NCBI GenBank assembly: GCA_000004695.1
Contig: CM000151.3
Coordinates: 480,001 to 544,000 of the forward strand
Direction of reading: 5' to 3'
Source of the DNA: Dictyostelium discoideum
Lineage: Eukaryota
Length of the DNA stretch: 64,000 bases
Each line of letters starts with the position of its first letter. The stretch's first letter is position 1. Shown here piece by piece: positions 26,805-40,186 of the stretch. The notes under the pieces are model-generated. The model was given only the letters and a program-made list of their open reading frames with translations. It was not told the origin of the DNA and ran no database searches. Made by a program: the position numbers and the translations under genes.

Positions 26805-27336
26805 GAATAAAAAAGATAAACAAATAAAAATAAAAAAAATTAAAAAAATGGTGGTCAAAAAAAAAAAAAAAAAAAAAAAAAAATTTAATCAAATAATAAA
26901 AAATAATAAAAAAAAAAAATTTAAAAAAAAAAAATAAATTTAAAAAAATTTAATCAAATAATAATAAAAAAATTTTTTATTGTCACTATTTTAAATTTAT
27001 TTTTTTTTTTTTTTATTAAAAAAATTTATTTTTTGAAAACCAATTTTTTTTTTTTTTTTTTTTTTTTAAAAATAATGTGTACACCACACAACATAATAAC
27101 TGTGCATTTTTTTAAACCTTTTTTTTTAAAAAAAAAAAATAAACAAATTTGTATTAATTTTTTTTTTATTTTTTTATTTTAACAAAATACCACAATTTAG
27201 AAACCAAAAAAAAAAAGCAAAGTGGTTGAAAATTTTTTGTAACGAAAAATGTACACAAAATCAAATAAAAATAACAGTTTGATGTTTTTTTATCCCCCAA
27301 ATTTTACCCCCACCAATAAGTGTTTTATTGTAATAA

Positions 27337-27390
27337 AATAGATACATTAAAAAAAAAAAAAAAATTGCAATTTAATTAATGTATCTATTT
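27337..27390. promoter_or_regulatory. 14-bp inverted repeat (AATAGATACATTAA ... TTAATGTATCTATT) about 70 bp upstream of the PKS B start codon
   Basis: The palindrome arms are separated by an A-run. Its position suggests a promoter or leader element, or a terminator for the upstream PKS A. Confidence 0.3.
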
Positions 27391-27456
27391 TTTTAATTAA
27401 AAAAAAAAATAACATTTAATTTTAATAATATTAATAAGTAAAATAACTAAATCCTT

Positions 27457-28093
27457 ATGAATAATTTAAAAAATATAGATTTAATAGAGAAAGGTGTTGC
27501 AATTGTTGGTATTGGATTTAGAATTCCTTCTGGTAATAATGAAAATTCAATTTGTTCACCAGATGATTTATTTAATAATTTAAAGAATGGTTTTGATGGT
27601 GTTAGTAGTACATCAGAAAGATGGAGTGACAATTACCACAAGTTGGGTGAGATTAGTAGTCCAAATGCAGGTTTATTACCATTAAATGAATGGAAATCAT
27701 TCGATCCATTATTTTTTGGTATTAATCCATCTGAAGCATCTTTAATCGATCCACAACAAAGATTATTATTAAAATGTACATGGGAAGCATTAGAAGATGC
27801 GTCAATTGATCCAATTTCAATTCGTGGTACAAATACTTCAGTTTTCATTGGTGCTTCAAATATAGATTATCAACATACAAATAAACACCAAGACTCAGTT
27901 TTAAAAAATGCAATAGCACAATCCACCTGTGCAATTTCAAATAGAATATCATATTGTTTCGATTTTAATGGTCCATCATTATCAATTGATACTGCATGTT
28001 CATCATCATTAAATGCAGTTTCTCAAGGTTATCATTCAATATTAAATGGTACTTCTGATATCTCAATTGTTGGTGGTGTAAATTTAATATTAG
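27457..28093 (+). CDS. PKS paralog B, exon 1 (KS N-terminus)
   Basis: ATG at 27457. The protein is near-identical to the PKS A exon 1 product. The exon ends ...VNLIL then G|GTAAGG. Confidence 0.85.
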
Positions 28094-28175
28094 GTAAGGA
28101 TTATATTTTAATTGTATATATTTTAAATTAAAAATACACTCATTAATTAATTTTTTATTTAATTTATTTTATCAG

Positions 28176-31100
28176 ATGTTGAAATGACAAAGGCATATTC
28201 GTATTTAAGCATGTTAAGTAAAACACATGGTAAATGTAAAGCATTTGATGAAAGTGGTGATGGTTTTACACGTGGTGAATGTGTCGGTGTTGTAGTTTTA
28301 AAAAATTTACAAGATGCAATTAAAGATGGTAATAGAATTTATTGTGTAATTAATGGTTCAAGTTCAAATGTTGATGGTAATGGTAATATGGATAAAGTTA
28401 ACTTTTATTCACCATCAAAACAATCACAATTTAATAATATTAATTCAGCATTTAAATCAACAAATGACAAGCTCTCAATTAATGATATTCAATATATCGA
28501 AGCACATGGTACTGGTACTAAAACAGGTGATCCAATTGAAACTGAAGCAATTTCAATGGCTTTTAAAAATAGAGATAAATCAGCACCAATTCTAATTGGT
28601 TCAATTAAAAGTAATATTGGTCATTGTGAAGCTGGTTCAGGTGTTGCATCATTAATCAAATGTTGTTTAATGTTTAAATATCAATGCTTTTTACCAAATA
28701 TTCATTTCAAAAATCCAAATCCATTAATTAAATTCAATGAATGGAATTTAAAAGTTGTAACATCACCAATTCCATTCAACAAAAGAAATAATGAAAAACC
28801 AGTTTCAATGATGATTAATAACTTTGGTGTAACAGGTTCAAATTGTTGTTTACTTATTTCAGAATTTAAAAATAACAATAACTTTAAAGAGAATATTAAT
28901 TTAGAATCTCAAAGTGTTAATGATAGAGTGTTAATACCATTCTCAGCAAATTCATCAAATTCATTAAATCAATACCAATCAAAATTTAAAAATATAATTA
29001 ATAATCAATTCAATTTTATTGATTTTACCGCAATTCAAATTTATTCAAAATCAAATTATCTTTATCAAAGATCAGTTGTAATTGCAAGTAATTCAAATGA
29101 ACTTTTTGAAAATATCTCAAATAAAAAACAAATTCAAACTAAAAATTCAATTATCTCAAATATGTCATTCAAAGGAAAGAACCCAATTACAATTTTTGTT
29201 TTTTCAGGTCAAGGATCACAATATCCTAAAATGGCTTTAGAATTATATAATAATGAAGTAATCTTTAAAAAGTCAATTGATTTAATCGATTCAAAATTAT
29301 CAAAGTACTACGGTTTTTCAGTATGGGAGAAGGTAAAAACAATCAAAGATGATGACTTAACCTCAATACATGATCCAATTTTTGCCCAACCAGCACTATG
29401 TATGATTTCAGTATCACTATTTGAATTATATTACCATTGGGGAGTAAATCCATCATTTATTCTTGGTCATAGTCTTGGTGAAATTTCAGCATCATATTGT
29501 TCTGGAATGATTGATTTAGATACATTCTGTTATACAGTTTATCAAAGATCAATAGCACAATCTAAAACAAATGGTTGTGGTAGAATGTTATCAATTAATA
29601 TCAGTGATGAAGAATTTAAATCAATGTATTCTCAAAAGTATCCACAAATTGAAATTGCGTGTTATAATTCACCTCAATCAATTGTTGTGGCAGGTAATGA
29701 ATCAATATTAAATGAAATTTCAAAAGAATTAAAAGAAAAAGAAATTTTCACTGCAATGTTAGGTTCATTATCATCATTCCATACAAGTAGTCAACAATCT
29801 ACAAAAGATAGCATATTACAACTAAACATTGAAAGCAATCAACCAAAAGTACCAATATTTTCAACAGTTACAACAAATTTATTTAATGAATCAAATCGAT
29901 TTAATTCACAATATGTTTATGATAATATTATCAAACCAGTTAAATTCACACAAACAATTTCAAATATTTATAAACATATCGAATCAAATCAATTAGATAA
30001 TGATATTGTATTCATTGAAATTGCACCACATCCAACATTATCATTTTATATTAAACAAATGGTACCATCAAGTTTAAATGAATCAGTTTCAGTTTATTCA
30101 GCACTTCACAAGAAAAAGAATGATGTCGAAGAGTTTCAACAAACCATTTCAAATTTATATTGTCAAAATGGATATAATATTAATTTTAAATGTCAATTTA
30201 ATAATAAAAAATCAAATCTAAATATTGAATTACCTCTTTACCAATGGAGTGACGAATTATACTTCGCTCAAAATCAAGTACTTGAACAACATAGAAAAGG
30301 AGGACCACCAATTGACCATCTTGGTCTATCAAACTCTTATTATTCACCATTTAAAAATTCATATAAAACACTTATTGATATAAATTATAAACCATTTCAA
30401 TATCTTAAAGGTCATATGGTTAAAGGTAAATACTACTTCCCAGGTTGTGGTTATATTGATAATATTATTCAACTTTATAAAAATCAAGATATTTTTATTA
30501 GTTTTATTGAATTTAAAACACCATTAATTTTAATTGAAGGTATCAATCAATATTTACAAACAAACATTCAACAAACTGGTAAAAGTGAATATCGTGCACA
30601 ATTTCATTTCAAAGATCATAAATCAAATGAATGGATTCAATCATCAAATTCAAATTTCCAATTATTAGATCATGGTAATGATATACCATCAAATTATAAT
30701 ATTAAAGAAATTATTAAAAACAAATGTAATTTGAGCAAATTAACAAAGAATGAACTTTATAAAAATATTAAATCAAAAACTGGTTTAAATTATACTGGAG
30801 TTTTTCAAGGTGTTACTGAATGCTATATAGGTGATAATTGTACCTTATCAGTTGTATCTTTAGAATCTCAAACAAACTCATTTTTAAATATACCAATTTT
30901 AGATACATGCTTACACGGAATGTTAATATTAATAAATGATCAATGTCAAATTGTATTTGACAAAGCCATTGGATTTAAATATTATTCATCAAACATACCA
31001 GCAGATTTTAAAGAAAACAAAGATAGTTTTTATGTTTATTCCAATCTTAGACCAAGAGTAGGTGGTGATTCATACCATGGAACAATTATAGTAATGTTAT

Positions 31101-34100
31101 CAGATGGTTCAGTTTTATATGAAATTGAAGAAGTTGTTTGTAAATCATTAATTCCAATCAAAGATTCACTTAAAATTGAATATCCAAATGATGAATTATA
31201 CAAAGTTCATTTACAATCAAAAGATTCTCCAATTCCAACACCATCATCATTCAAATCAATTATTTATGAAAATGATTTCTTTCAATCTTCACTTAATATT
31301 CCAGAAGATTTATTCAAATATATTTCAACATTATTTTATAAAGATATTATAAAAAGATGTCCAGAAATTAATATCAATAAAATTAATTCTCATAGTGTTA
31401 ATGAAATTATTTCAAGTTTCAGTAAAATTTCAAAACATGAAAGATTATTTAGATTTGTATTTGAAACAATAAAAGAGAATGGTATTCTTAATAGCTTCGA
31501 AGAAAAAGATGACACTTACTTCGAATTTAATAAAGTAATTATCAAATCATCAAGAATTATTTCAAAATTATTATTTCCATTAGAAAATGATAATGATAAT
31601 GAAGATTTACCTCAATCATTATTTCAAAATGGTTTAATGGATAAAATTTATAAATGCAGTTATTTAAGAAAGAAGAATCAAGTGATTTCACATGTCATTA
31701 AACATTCAATTAAAGAGATTATTAATAATAATATTATAATTAGAATTTTAGAATTTGGAGGAGGTACTGCATCATTATCAGTTGAAGTTATTGAAGAAAT
31801 CGTTACATTACTTCAAGAGAATCCAAATTATCAAGTTGAAATCGAATATACATGGAGTGATATTTCACCTGCATTCATAGCAGATGCAAAGAATAAAATC
31901 AATAAAATCATTAATGATGCTGCTATAACAAATGGATTAAATGTTATTTATCATCCATTAACAATTGGTGAATCATTGATAGAAACTCAATCAATTAAAC
32001 CATCATATTATGATTTCGTTATAATGTCAAATGTTCTTCATGTTGTTAAAGATATCAAACAAGCTGTAGAACAAATGTATCAATTGTTAACGACAAATGG
32101 TCAATTAGTGTTTTTAGAACCACCTTATAAATCAGTTCTAAACGATTCAATCGTTGGTTCATTTGAACAATGGTGGTCATTCACTGATACTGATATTAGA
32201 AAAGATAGATGTGGTATGCCTCAACAAAGTTGGTATCAATTATTAAATTCGTGTAATTTTAAAGACATTGTAATGTCTAAAGAATGCATTTTCTTTGGAT
32301 CAGTAATACAGGCACAAAAACCACCAATTTCTTTATTGAATTCTCAACCAAAGTATGATAATATAATTATATATGGTGGCAGTATTAATTCAAGTTTTGT
32401 AGAAAACATCAAATTAGATTCAAATTCAAAAAGTTTATTTCAAATTGAAACTATTCAAGAATTTAATAAATTAATAAGTAAATCAACAATTACAAACGAT
32501 TCAATAGTTTATTTCATAAAAACATTAGAAACATTATCATTGGATAATTTTAAACAAATAACTCTTGAATATATTGAAATCAATCAAAAACTATTACAAA
32601 TTAATAGTTTATGTAAACATGTATTAATTGTTAGTGATTCAAGAAAAACAAACTATTTAGCATCATCAGCTATTGGTGCAGCAAGATACTTTGATGAATT
32701 CCCACTATTGAAATTACACACATTAGATTTTGATTATGATTCAACTCAAAATTATATAAATTCAAAAAATAACAAAATGGTTCAATTCATTAATATCTTG
32801 ACAGATTCCAAAACAAATGTTCATAAAGAAATGATTATAATTAATAACAAAGTATATTATGAAATAGTTCAAAAAGAGAAAAATCTAAAATTAAAATACA
32901 ATTCAGAATCTTTTGAAAATCAAAATAATTTAATGTGTTCGTTATCACCAAATTTAGAATATCAATTACAATCAAAACAAATTAAATTAAGAGATAATCA
33001 AGTTGAAGTTAAAACAATTGCAACTGGTATCAATTATAAAGATTATTTAAATTTTAGTGGTTCAAATAGCAACGGTGATGACAATACAGGTTTACCACAA
33101 TTTGGATATGAATTTTCAGGTATTATAACAAGAGTTGGTAATAATGTAAAAGATTATAAAGTTGGTGATAATGTATTTGGTTTATCAAATTCTTGTACAT
33201 CATCTCACATTGTTACAAATTTTAAAAAAATTCAAATAAAACCTTCAAAAATAAGTCATATTGAAGCATCATCAATTCCAATTGATTATTTAACATCATT
33301 TATGAGTTTATTTAATGTTGGAAGTTTAAATATTGAAGATAATGAATCGATTTTAATTCATTTAGGTAGAGATGGTTTTGGGTTATCAACATTTGAAATA
33401 TTAAAATGGAAAGGTTTTAAATCAAATTTATTCGTTACAGTTAATTCAGATAAAACTAAACAATATCTTTTAAAAAAATATGGTGATTTAATTACTGGAA
33501 TTTATTCAAACACAGATAAAAGTTATGTGGCAGAAATAAAAAACAAATTAATTAAATTAGGTTCAAAAAAGAAAGGAGTAGATTTAATATTAAATACATT
33601 ACCAAGTGATTTTATGGATTCAAATTTCAAACTATTAACAAAGTATGGTAGAATAATTGATTTAAATTCAAATCATTTAAATCAAAGTGAATTTTTAAAA
33701 AATATCAATTTTAAATATAATCATGGTTACCATAACTTTGAGTTATCATTATTTCAAAAAAATAAAATTCTCAAATGTTTAAATGAAATTTCAAATGCTA
33801 TTGAAAATGGAGAATTAAAAACTATTCCAATTAAAGAATTTACAAATTTAAATATTAAAGATGCCATCAAATACATTACCAACGGTAACATTGAAAAAAT
33901 TACAGTTAGTCATGATCATGAAATTTATAGTGATATTATTTATAGATATTTAGATGAAAAAGAGTTTTCAATATTAAAATCAAATTATCAAATTAATTCA
34001 AATAATTTAGGTAAAAATATATTAATTACAGGTCAATCAGGTATTATTTTAGAAATATTAAAATGGATCATTAAATATTCAAATATTAACACAATTGAAA

Positions 34101-36313
34101 ATGTTATTATTCTTTCAAGATCATCATTAAAATGGGAATTAGAATTATTAATTAATCAAACTAAACTATCAAATAATAATATTAAATTCCATTTCAAGAG
34201 TGTTGATGTTGGTGATAGTGAACAAGTTGATAATGCAATCAATGATATACTAAATGAAAACCAACAAATTAGAAATATTGATTCAATATTCCATTTTGCA
34301 TTTCAACAAATTGCATGTAAAGTTCAAGAAATCAATATGAAGCATTTAAATATTTCACATGGAGCAAAATCAATGGGTGCAATTAATTTACATAATCAAT
34401 CAATTAAACGTAATTGGAAATTAATTAATTTTGTTATGGCTTCTTCTGCACTTTCATTTATAGATTCAACAGATCAATGTACATATGCTTGTGCAAATAC
34501 TCTATTAGATTCATTTTCAAAATACAGAGTATCACTTGGATTACCATCAACTTGTATTAACCTTGGTTTAATTGAATCAACTGGTTTCGTTTCAAAGAAT
34601 GAATCGATTTCAGTATTTTTAGATGGCAATGGTATTATCCCAACACCAATCAATCGAGTTTTAGGTCTTTTAGATTTACAAATTCAAAATGCTAGTAAAT
34701 TCACAAATTCAATGATTTCAAATTTCAAACCCTCAAAATTTAAAAATAATCAACAAATATCATTATTTTTAAAATTTGACTACTTGATGAATTTAAAAAA
34801 CAATAGTGAACAAACTAAAAAAGAGAATACTGGAAATAAAAACATTGATGAATTATTCATTGAGAAAGTTTCAGAATTATTTTCAATGGATGAATCAAAA
34901 ATAAATAAAAATCTTAGATTAATCGATTATGGTGCAGATTCATTAATAATAGTTCAATTAAAGAATTGGATAGATAAAGAAATTGGTATAAATTTAATAA
35001 CAATTCAACAACTTCAAAATAATACAATTAATATTTCAATTAAAATGATATTAAATTCATTAATGAAAAACAATCAAAATAAATACCTACCTTCAAATAG
35101 AATTGATTATTGGAAGAATGAAATGAAATTTGAAGAATCTATTAAACCAATACCAAATGAAATTCGATCAAGAAATAATAACTCAGGAAAAATTATTTTA
35201 TTAACTGGTACAACTGGTTTTTTAGGTGGTTTCTTGCTATTCAATATGTTAAGATTAGATTCATGTAAATTAATTTATTGTTTGATTAGGAATAAAAGTA
35301 AATCAAGTTATCCATTAGATGAAATTATAAATAATTTAAAATATCATCAACTTTATGAAAAATTAAATAAATCACAAATTTCAAAGATTATACCGATTAT
35401 TGGTGATTTATCAATGAATAAACTTGGTCTTTCAAATGATGATTATGAAACAATTTCAAAAAATGTAAATTTAATTATCAATCCAGGTGCAGATATTAAT
35501 CAAAAATCAAGTTATCAAGATTGTAAATTAGTAAATGTTAATGGAGTAAAAGAAATTATTAAATTATCATTATCATCTTTAAAACAAAGGATACCAATTG
35601 TAAACTTTTCATCATTTTCAGTATTTTTCAATCAATCACTTGATAAGAATTTCGATGAATCAGTTTTACCATCAATTGATAATATTGATAATTTACCAAC
35701 AGAATATATGAAGAGTAAAGTTGTGGGAGAATACATTTTATTGGAAGCTTCAAAAAATTATAATATACCATCAATTTTAATTAGACCACCAAGTATATTT
35801 TTAAATCCAGAAACAGGTATTGGTCATAGTAGTGATCTCACTTTATTAATGATCCAATCATGTTATGAATTAGGTTATTGCCCAAATCAAATTTTAAATG
35901 GTTTTATTTTAATTAATACAATTACATGGTTATCAAATAATATTACAAATATTATAATGAATGATAATTGTTGGACAAATTCAAAAATGAATATTTATAA
36001 TGTACATGGTAAACAAATTCAATCAAGTTTAATAATTAAACCACTTGAAAAACATTTCAATTGTAAACAAATCAACAATAATGATTGGATTGATATGGTT
36101 AATAATTCAAATAAAAAATCATGTATTAAATTAAAATCATTCCATTCTTTAGAGAATATTTTTAAAAGTGAAAACAAAGGATATAAATCCAATGAAAGTC
36201 AAAGCATTTCATTATCAACCAAATCATTACTAGAATCAATGGGTTCATACAATACTGATCTTAAAATCACTGATAAAATGATTATTTCTCATATTAAACA
36301 TATTTTTAAATAA
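28176..36313 (+). CDS. PKS paralog B, exon 2: KS-AT-DH-cMT-ER-KR-ACP plus a C-terminal NAD(P)-binding thioester reductase (R) domain
   Basis: Intron 28094-28175 in phase 1. It carries the same domain signatures as A. About 410 extra residues follow the ACP. They begin GKIILLTGTTGFLGGFLL (the TGxTGFLG Rossmann motif of R/NRPS-type reductase domains) and run to the stop at 36313. Confidence 0.85.
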
Positions 36314-37044
36314 GCAATGTCTTTTTAATGTTTATAAAAGGAAAATAAATAAATTAACTAAATATATTAAATATTAAATATAATTAAAATATTAATATAA
36401 TTCTAAATTTGTGAGTAACTTTTATTTTTTTATTTTTATTTTACATTTTAATTATATTTGCCCCATGCCAAAAATAATTTTATTTTAAAAAGTGAGATAT
36501 TATTTATTAATATTTTAAATTTGTTAAAAATTTTATTAAATTATAACATCTCTTTTTAAAAAGTGAGAAATTGTGTGTGGTAAAATTTTTCCAAAAATAA
36601 CCAATTTTCGAGATTCTGAAAACAATTTAAAAACAATTCGTCAAGTTCCACCAAAATCGAGCAGGTCTGCAGAGTAAAAATTAAAATACTAAAAATAATA
36701 ATAATAAAATAATTAAAATAAAAAAATTAATAATAATGTGTGGAGATAAAATAAATAATTAATTTAATTTATTTTTAATGAAAAAAATTCTTAAAATACT
36801 ATTAAAAAATGAGAGATTGCTGGTTTTATAAAATTTATTAACTTCTTTTTTCCAGTGTTTATATAAAAAGGATTCTATTTTTTTTATATTTTAAAATTAA
36901 AAAATAATTATATTAAAAAGGTAAAAAATAAATTTTTCTGAAAAACTTTAAAATATATATATTATATATTAATAGTTTTTTAAAAAAAAGAAAAAAAATA
37001 AAAAATAAAAATTAAAAAGAAAAAAATAAAAAATAAAAAAAATC

Positions 37045-37265
37045 ATGTTAAAAATTTTTATAGCTATTTTATTTTAGTGATATTCTCATTACTTTCAAAT
37101 TTGAATGCAGTAAATGGAGTTAGTGTTGGCTGTATGACCTATTGTCAAAATTATTTTAAATTTTGCACCTTAGGATCCAGTCAATCAGACAAATTAAATT
37201 GCAAAAAGATAAATGAAAAATGTCCAGAGGGATGTCTAAATATTCTACCAACTAGGTTGGGATGA
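37045..37265 (+). CDS. questionable small Cys-rich ORF (6 Cys in about 60 aa)
   Basis: The track ORF 37077-37265 starts at GTG, not ATG. An ATG at 37045 (MLKIFIAILF, signal-peptide-like) is in another frame and stops at 37075. A one-base frame difference or an unrecognised intron would be needed to join them. Speculative. Confidence 0.15.
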
Positions 37266-37499
37266 ATAATTCGAAATGGATTGAATTGGAACAAATTGAA
37301 ACAATTTTTTAATGTTTATAAAAATAAACTAAATTTAAAAATAATAAAATTTTTTAAAATTTGAACAGTCACTTTCATTTATTTTGAAATAAATTTTTTT
37401 TTTTTTTTTTTTCTGTAACAGAAGTGGTATGGTTTAGAAAGATTTGAAATATATCTCCCCATTTTAGAGTTTCTTCATTCTATTGATGTTGAATACATT

Positions 37500-38170
37500 A
37501 TGAGAATTGATAATATTTGGAAATTATAATTTAAACGGTTTCTTTGATCTCTTGCTTAATAGACCAACCCAAGAATAACACTTTTCCTTGATACCATATT
37601 TTCTTATGTTTTGTCATTAATTTCATATTCGCATAATTTATCATTCCAAATGAATTTAACACCTTTTCTATATATTGATATATTGGATGAGAATATTGAT
37701 TTTGACGATGTATTCTCCTGACAGTCTTTTTCACTAATAACCATTTGATTTTGTTTCTCTAACTTTTCTTGGTTTTCTAATAATTTATTATTGATCTCAT
37801 TTTGAGATTCTTTTAAATTGCATACCATTGAATTTGCTAAAGTTCCAACCTCTACTTCCATTTGCTGACAACTACCAGTTTTAAAGTTGTGAATAATCTA
37901 CCTCCAATTGCATTGATTGAACCACGAGATGGACTATTATCATTATTGCTGTCATTAAAGGTGTCATCACCATTTAAATCTACATCTTCTTCATCTCTGA
38001 TATTATTAATTTTATTATTGTTATAACTATTATCTTTATTATTATTATTATTATTAATCCACCAATTTGCTTTTGTGTGGCCTAATCTACAACAATTTAA
38101 GCATTTTAATCTATTATTAAATTTATCATTGTTATTAGAATTAATATTATTGTTGCTGTTTTGATTATAA

Positions 38171-38229
<59 letters not shown>

Positions 38230-38600
38230 ATTGCTACTATTTTAATTATTGTTATTAAAATTATAATTTCTATTTGAATCAAAATTATTATTTGATATTG
38301 AATTGTAATCATTTCTCAAACTTCTATTATTATAATAAGAATTATCATCATTTCTTTGTCTCATTGAATTAATGGATTGAGAAGAAGAAGAAGATGATGA
38401 TGATGGACTTGATTATAAATAATATGAACTTGGGAGTCCATTGATGAATTTGATTGATTTTTAGGAGATGAATAAGGTGATTCATAATTATCAATATTAT
38501 CCCATTTGATTTTGTAATTATTATTATTAATATTACTATTGTTATTATTATTAAATTTTATATTATAATTTGAAAAGTTTGGGTGTACACTTTGGCCATT
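37500..38600 (-). pseudogene. degenerate minus-strand coding-like region between PKS B and C (unknown family)
   Basis: Two overlapping minus ORFs in different frames (37531-37734 and 37604-37861). Further stop-interrupted codon-like sequence continues up to about 38600 and includes an (AAT)n tract at 38170-38230. No recognisable domain. Confidence 0.2.
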
Positions 38601-39477
38601 AAATAATGATTTACCTTATTGCAATATTAAAAAAAAAAAAAAAAAAGTAGAAATTTAAAAATAAGGAGTATTATTATTATTTCTTTATTTCATAAAATTC
38701 GATTTTGAAAAAAAAAAAAATTAGATTTACCATATTAAATTTTCATTTTTTCCACAAATCGCCACACAAAAATTTTTTTTTTTTTTTTTTTAAAAAAAGG
38801 AGGGTTTTTTTCATGCAAAAGGGTGTTAAAATAAAAATAAAAATAAAAATAAAAAAATAAAAAAAAAAAAAAAAAATTAATTAGACCAGGCCATAAAATT
38901 TCATTTAATGAGATACGAATAAACAGGGGAATTTTTTTTCTTTTATTTTTTTTCCCACAACTAATTAGTTATTTTGCAATTAATAAATTATTGATATTTT
39001 TAATTTTATTACTATTAATAATTCTTAATTTCATAAATATTATACACAGTAACAAATTAAAAAACTTTAAGTTTTTATTTGGGAAAAAATTAATTATTTT
39101 CAAAGTTAATTTTTAAATTATTTACAAATAATTAATTATAATAATTCTTATAAAACAAATATTTTAAAAAAATTAAACCACTTTATTGATCCCATATGGT
39201 GGGTTTTGTAATTGGAAATATTGCAAACTTGTCTGGATTCTAAAATATCTCCTAATTTAAAAAGTTTTTTAAATTTTACCATAAAATGTATAAAAAAAGT
39301 GGTATTTAATAATTCTAATTAATATTCATTCTTTATATTCACTCACCTATTTTCTTAAATAAGGTTAGTTTTTATTTTTTTAAAAAAAAAATATATTTAA
39401 AAAACAAATATTAATTCGAATAAATTATTCTATATTATTCTATAGAGATATTCCTCAACTAAAATTACTAAATACCT

Positions 39478-40114
39478 ATGAATAATTTTAAGAATATAAA
39501 TTTAATAGAGAAAGGAGTTGCAATTGTTGGTATTGGATTTAGAATTCCTTCTGGTAATAATGAAAATTCAATCAGTTCACCAGATGATTTATTTAATAAT
39601 TTAAAGAATGGTTTTGATGGTGTTAGTAGTACATCAGAAAGATGGAGTGACAATTTTCATAAATTAGGTGAAATTAGTAGTCCAAATGCAGGTTTATTAC
39701 CATTTAATGAATGCAAATCATTCGATCCATTATTTTTTGGTATTAATCCATCCGAAGCACCATTGATTGATCCTCAACAAAGATTATTATTAAAATGTAC
39801 ATGGGAAGCATTAGAAGATGCATCTATTGATCCAATTTCAATTCGTGGTACAAATACTTCAGTTTTCATTGGTTCTTCAAATATTGATTATTTACATACA
39901 AATAAACATCAAGACTCAGTTTTAAAAAATGTAATAGCACAATCCACCTGTGCAATTTCAAATAGAATATCATATTGTTTCGATTTTAATGGTCCATCAT
40001 TATCAATTGATACTGCATGTTCATCATCATTAAATGCAATTTCTCAAGGTTATCATTCAATATTAAATGGTACTTCTGATATCTCAATTGTTGGTGGTGT
40101 AAATTTAATATTAG
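39478..40114 (+). CDS. PKS paralog C, exon 1 (KS N-terminus)
   Basis: ATG at 39478. The exon ends ...VNLIL then G|GTAAGG. Confidence 0.85.
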
Positions 40115-40186
40115 GTAAGGATTAAATATATATATTTTAAAAATACACTCATTAATTAAATTTAATTTATTTAAATATTTTACTAG

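Noticed and set aside
27447-27632. A 61-aa minus-strand ORF ([20 protein letters not shown]...) that recurs at 39468, 50971 and 61437.
   Set aside because: It is antisense to the conserved KS exon 1 of every PKS copy. It recurs only because the sense sequence is duplicated, so it is not an independent gene.
28353-28595. 80-100-aa plus-strand ORFs ([16 protein letters not shown]... and MNQFQFIQHFTRKRMMSKSF...) that recur at 51869, 62327, 21814 and 42080.
   Set aside because: They are alternative reading frames nested inside PKS exon 2. The real frame carries unambiguous KS/AT motifs.
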